A stretch of 64,000 bases of DNA, taken from a virus. The position numbers and the translations under genes are program-made. The stretch is from IMG/VR virus record IMGVR_UViG_3300050821_002540, positions 9,694-73,693 of that record; one strand, 5' to 3'. Under the pieces are notes generated by a model, which saw only the letters and a program-made list of their open reading frames with translations, was not told the origin of the DNA and did not search any database. Numbering within the stretch: position 1 is the first letter of the stretch; the number at the start of each line of letters is the position of its first letter. Shown in pieces: positions 60,251 through 64,000 of the stretch.

Positions 60251-60943
60251 GCCGGTGGCATCCCAACTTCATTTTCCCAGGTAACGCCATGCCTCCGAGT
60301 AAACTCATCAAACTCATTCGGCGTAACGTCTCGCCAGACGGTGCCCTCGGCAATGTCCACAGAATCAGGTGCAGTAATCACCTCAGGTGGGCCATGCCTC
60401 TTTGCCTCCCAGTCAGCCCGTACCCTGGCAAGTTCCTCGGGTGTCAGCAGGTCATTGCTGCGGTCAACAATGTTTCCTGGAACGTCATCACCCATTCGGA
60501 CATACTGGAGCCATGGGTGCTCATGCGCGAGTGTCTCAAGGACCCTCGTGCGCACATCCGCCAGTAGGCCCTCCTTGTGCATTGCCGAGTCAACAGCAAC
60601 GGCAACCGAGCCGGTCAGGGGCAAACGCATTGCAGGAGGCAGGCGCTTCTCTTCTGGCTGCTCCCACTTAGCGCACCGGGGGCAGCGGCGCGGCACATAA
60701 TGCTCGGCCCAGTAGGCCTGGCACGCATGGCACACCATCATGCTTGCGCCCTCGGTCTCGCACATGAGCAGGAAGCTGAAATGCCCGGTACATCCAGGAA
60801 GTCTTGCCTGACACTGTTCTGTACTGGCCTGGCTCGGGAGAAACGTGTTCCTGTTCATAGCTGGGTCACCATCGCAGCAAGCAGTACGCCAGCCATCATG
60901 GCGGCAAAAGCAACGGTCACGATTGTCGCTGTCGCTGTCAGAT

Positions 60944-61210
60944 TCATGGTGCCGCCGGGGTGTTCGGGGTTGCGTACACGCCAAGGGCACTAGCCACAGC
61001 CACGACGTACGGAAGCCATCCGCCTGCGGAGCCTCCCGTGTTCTTCTCAACAAGCACGGTAATCAGTAGCCCAGCAATTGCCGCAAAGGCTTTTGAGTAC
61101 TTGCCCAGGTTCAGTGGAGCTTTTGGTGGCTGTTCCGGAATCTGTGGGAGTGGGTTGTCTGCTGGCATGTCGCGTCCTTCAGGGGTGGCAGGGTAGGCGG
61201 TCATCTTCAT
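60944..61210 (-). CDS. Putative holin
   Basis: Two TM helices; Y.KA.AA..G ... ALGVY..PN signature of actinophage holins. Confidence 0.65.
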   Translation of the reverse strand: MKMTAYPATPEGRDMPADNPLPQIPEQPPKAPLNLGKYSKAFAAIAGLLITVLVEKNTGGSAGGWLPYVVAVASALGVYATPNTPAAP

Positions 61211-61755
61211 GTCATGTCGCCTTGTTCGTCAGAGTCAATAACATACTGGACTCCGAGGCCCTGGCGGGCCGGTGGCGCTGTCCGCTGTGGGTAGGCCCCA
61301 AGCTCATCAGCCGCCTGCCGGTACAGGTCCAGCCTAGCCCGGTACAGGTCGCGATGGGCGCGGCTCCATCCAAGCCCCTGCTCACGCCACTCATTCAGCT
61401 GGGCGTCAATGTCATCAATGGCCTGCTGGTACTCCGCGAGCCGGTTCTGCTTCCTGGAGATCCACATACCGGCCGTCGTAATGTCCAGGGTGCCCTCAAG
61501 GGCATGGGCAACTTCCTGGATCTCTTCCTGGTGGCGCTCCTGGAACACCCTCACCTGGATCGCCGTCAGCCCGTACAATGGCGCGAGGCTGGTGGGTTCC
61601 CATTCACCCATAGCAAGATCCCTGATAAGGGCGAGCTTCTGACGTCCCCGGATGTCTACTGGTAGTCTTGTCGGGAGGGTAGCGGGCACGTCCGTGGATG
61701 GCACTGCCCTGAGCGGCACTTTCCGCCCTGGGCCTCTGCTCTTTCCATCGGTCAT
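61207..61755 (-). CDS. Putative terminase small subunit
   Basis: Helical protein upstream of TerL; WI..K..RLA.YQ, A.ELG..P.R and V.YVI pattern. Confidence 0.6.
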   Translation of the reverse strand: MTDGKSRGPGRKVPLRAVPSTDVPATLPTRLPVDIRGRQKLALIRDLAMGEWEPTSLAPLYGLTAIQVRVFQERHQEEIQEVAHALEGTLDITTAGMWISRKQNRLAEYQQAIDDIDAQLNEWREQGLGWSRAHRDLYRARLDLYRQAADELGAYPQRTAPPARQGLGVQYVIDSDEQGDMT

Positions 61756-61780
61756 GCCCGCCACCTGCTCCCTGCGGGCA

Positions 61781-61809
61781 ACTATACCCTACTCCGGGGC
61801 CGTGCGCTA
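61781..61809 (-). promoter_or_regulatory. Promoter TAGCGC-N17-TATAGT on the minus strand for the packaging/structural operon
   Basis: Reverse-complement family member about 25 bp upstream of the terS start. Confidence 0.6.
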
Positions 61810-62519
61810 GTCCCCGGCTGGTGGCTTAGTACTGCGCCTACGCGCGGGCGCGGGCGTGCCCGCGCGAGGCTGTGCCTTCCTGGGTGCACGGACACGCTTC
61901 GGGGGTGGGGGCGGGGGTGGTGGGCTGGGCATAGTCCTGGGGACTGGTAGTGCCAGCTGCCCAAAGCCCAGGAGGGCCTGGCAGGGACAGGCCCGGCAGA
62001 TGCACCTGCCCTTTGGCCTCTTGTTCTCGGGCTTGTCGCGTTCTTCCTCGGACAGCCTGGCCCGGAGTAGGATGCTGCCCTCATTGTGCCAGCAGTCAGC
62101 ACACATGCACCAGCATGCTGTCATGCCCTCATCCCTGGTCGTTGTAATGCACAGGCTGTCATGGTGCGGCATTACTTCCTCCTGACATCTATGTGCGTAA
62201 CGTCAAGTGACTTGAACTGGGGGAATGTTCCCATTTCGCCGGGACCCGGAAGAATCCTGGTGAGTCGTGCCTCGATGGCACTGACCACCTGTGAGCCTGT
62301 ATTTCCGGTAACCCTTACCCTGACCTCGATCGTAGCCTCATACTCATACAGAGCTGGCATGGAGCCTCCTCATGTGGCGGCGGGCGGTCTTCTCGTGGCG
62401 GAAGCGCCTGTGCGCTGTCACGCACTGTGGACAGTACCAGTATGTACCGCCCTTCTGTGGCTGGTAGTACAGGAAGTCAACGAGGCGCTTCATCATGACC
62501 GGTGTCCATGCTCCCCCGG

Positions 62520-62729
62520 TCATGACTGCTCCAGGAGGCTTTCCCTGGGGACGCCCAGGACCTGCGCGAGCTGGTGCAGTGAGCCTGGCTGGGGAGTGGC
62601 CTCGCCAGTGAGCCACTTACCGAGGGTCCTGCTTTCCACCCCGAGCTTGTCTATCAGGGTGACGGGTGAGATGTTCTTCCTTCGCATGACCTGGAACAAG
62701 ATCTCCGGGTCAATGTACTGCTGGGGCAT
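62520..62729 (-). CDS. XRE/Cro-like HTH regulator
   Basis: S...L..KLGV...TL.KW..GE..P....L..LA.VLGV. Confidence 0.85.
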   Translation of the reverse strand: MPQQYIDPEILFQVMRRKNISPVTLIDKLGVESRTLGKWLTGEATPQPGSLHQLAQVLGVPRESLLEQS

Positions 62730-63185
62730 TAGCTGTTCCTTTCCCGGTCCTGGAACAGGATCCAGAGCTTCCCGTCCTCACTGACATGGATGCCAGTGAC
62801 CAGGCCGCCCGCCGCCGTCGGGGCCAGATTGGTAACCTCAGGAGTGCCCTCTGGGTTGTAGAACGCTGCTCCCCACATGGCCTCCATGAGCTCCTTGTTG
62901 TTCACCGGAAGAACCTCCAGAGAAGGAAGAGAAATACTACTGCGCCTATGAAGGTGGTGACGAGGACGAATGCCTTGCCCCATTTATCCAGCTTGTCCAT
63001 GTTCCTGTCCTGCTGGCTTCGTGACGATGACATTGAAGCCTCCATCCTCTCCATTGCACGGTTCCTGATGTACCCTGTGACCCTTGCCTGCCCTGCGGGC
63101 CGCTGATGCTACCCTCTTAACTGTCGCGTCTGCCTCTGCCCTGGTCCTGACCCAGGTGCGGATTACCTCAGTGCGGTTGTTGTCC

Positions 63186-63359
63186 TTACTGGCGATCCGG
63201 GTCAAGGAGCACCTCCTTCTCATACTCGGCTGCCTTGTCCTGGGCATCCTGAAGATCGTCTGGGTCAAGGCGGACAAGATCTACCTGTCCCCAGTAACGG
63301 TCATAGCAGGACAGGTAGCCAGCAAGGAAGTCCTTACCAGCGTTCGATGTGGGCTCCAT
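63186..63359 (-). CDS. 57-aa hypothetical protein, first gene of the - arm
   Basis: RBS AAGGAGG; ATG 63359 to TAA 63186; not in the ORF track. Confidence 0.6.
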   Translation of the reverse strand: MEPTSNAGKDFLAGYLSCYDRYWGQVDLVRLDPDDLQDAQDKAAEYEKEVLLDPDRQ

Positions 63360-63383
63360 GGAGCCTCCTTCCCTACGCTCCCG

Positions 63384-63413
63384 AGTATACCGCCTTAAAG
63401 GCGGAAACGCCTA
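63384..63413 (-). promoter_or_regulatory. Promoter TAGGCG-N18-TATACT on the minus strand
   Basis: Family member; CA/TG-free over 63361-63418. Confidence 0.65.
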
Positions 63414-63768
63414 GTCGTCATGACGGATGTGAGATTCATAACGACGCGGAGCGTCGGATTGCAAGACACTTTCATAACGTGTGGCAGGCGGAAAGAAGAG
63501 TGGGGAGGGAGGGGCCGAAAATCGCGGGACTTTCGGGGGCCTCCTAGGCGGGCCGGAGAGGCCCCGTAGGCGGCCCGAACGGGCCGACCCTACCTCGGGT
63601 ACCGAGCCGGGGGCCTACGCGCCCCGTAGGGGCCTTCTCGCCCCGTCTAGAGGGTACTCCGCCCCGTCCGCCGCGACCGGGCCGAAGCCGGGTCGCCTAC
63701 GCCTAGTCGCTACGCTCCGTAGCCGAGCGGTAATTTAAAGTTACTGTGTAGACGACCGTAGACGAGTA

Positions 63769-63797
63769 TAGGTTCTAGGCCCTTAGGCGGTTAGGCT
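63769..63797 (+). promoter_or_regulatory. Promoter TAGGTT-N17-TAGGCT
   Basis: Family member; followed by hairpin and RBS AAGGAGGCGA. Confidence 0.7.
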
Positions 63798-63855
63798 AGG
63801 GACTAGGCCCGCCCCCGATCGGAACGGGGGCGGCTACCCGAAGGAGGCGAGTCCG

Positions 63856-64000
63856 ATCGAGACTCGTAACGGAACCCCTATCGCGGACGTTAACGCCGCG
63901 ACCGCCCCTACCCCCGAGCGGAGCGTTAACGACGCTCCGGCCGCGTCGAAGCCGACCGCGTCGAAGCCGACCGCGTCGAAGCCGACCGCGACGAAGCCGA
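63856..64000 (+). CDS. Putative ATC-initiated ORF, truncated by the window end (IETRNGTPIADVNAATAPTPERSVNDAPAASKPTASKPT...)
   Basis: Phage consensus RBS 8 nt upstream; open frame with GC3 bias; in-frame TAG at 63784 and no ATG/GTG/TTG after it. Confidence 0.45.
   Translation, partial: METRNGTPIADVNAATAPTPERSVNDAPAASKPTASKPTASKPTATKP
63941..64000 (+). repeat. 15-bp tandem repeat CCGCGTCGAAGCCGA x4 (ASKPT repeats)
   Basis: Three exact copies plus one with a T>A change. Confidence 0.9.

Noticed and set aside
58949-60700. 583-aa + strand ORF and other long antisense ORFs (e.g. 53555-54451, 30250-31008)
   Set aside because: These are shadows of GC-rich genes on the opposite strand with no recognisable motifs or RBS.
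63503-64000. CpG-island-like explanation (CA/TG as products of methyl-CpG decay elsewhere)
   Set aside because: Protection from decay would leave CA/TG near random expectation, not at about zero, and CG is not obviously scarce in the sampled bulk DNA.
63941-64000. CRISPR array
   Set aside because: The 15-bp units are contiguous with no spacers and read as a peptide repeat.
1-64000. Integrase, reverse transcriptase/DGR, TET/JBP, DNA methyltransferase, dpdA or purZ genes
   Set aside because: No diagnostic motifs were recognised in any ORF; such genes could lie outside the window or be too divergent to see by eye.

Overview
Near-complete genome segment of a GC-rich tailed actinobacteriophage with siphovirus-type organisation. 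The + strand arm (1-29778) holds small early genes, ParB plus a TET-associated-type glycosyltransferase, an SNF2 helicase, a tRNA/tRNA-like cluster, a PD-(D/E)XK nuclease, an AAA recombinase and an SSB. It then carries a nucleotide-modification and replication block (flavin oxidoreductase, ThyX-like, Nmad1/DUF1599, DnaE split around a MazG-like gene, deoxyribosyltransferase-like) and a secreted Rpf-like transglycosylase plus NlpC/P60 pair. The - strand arm (29773-63359) holds terminase, HK97 portal/ClpP protease/capsid, a GT2 glycosyltransferase, tail genes, tape measure, lysin and fibre genes. The most striking unexplained signal is avoidance of the CA/TG dinucleotide in discrete islands. 63503-64000 has 0 CA and only 2 TG in about 500 bp, while sampled coding DNA has about one per 7 bp. 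About 13 promoter-like sites use a TAG-starting -35 instead of TTGACA, and nearly all are CA/TG-free across the region RNA polymerase would contact. A synonymously recoded island lies inside a fibre gene. An ORF behind a perfect RBS has no ATG/GTG/TTG start, and ATC is the only candidate. Together with the modification enzymes this suggests, by inference, a CA/TG-directed DNA hypermodification with modification-free windows for host-protein access. All assignments are from motif recognition by eye; no searches were run.
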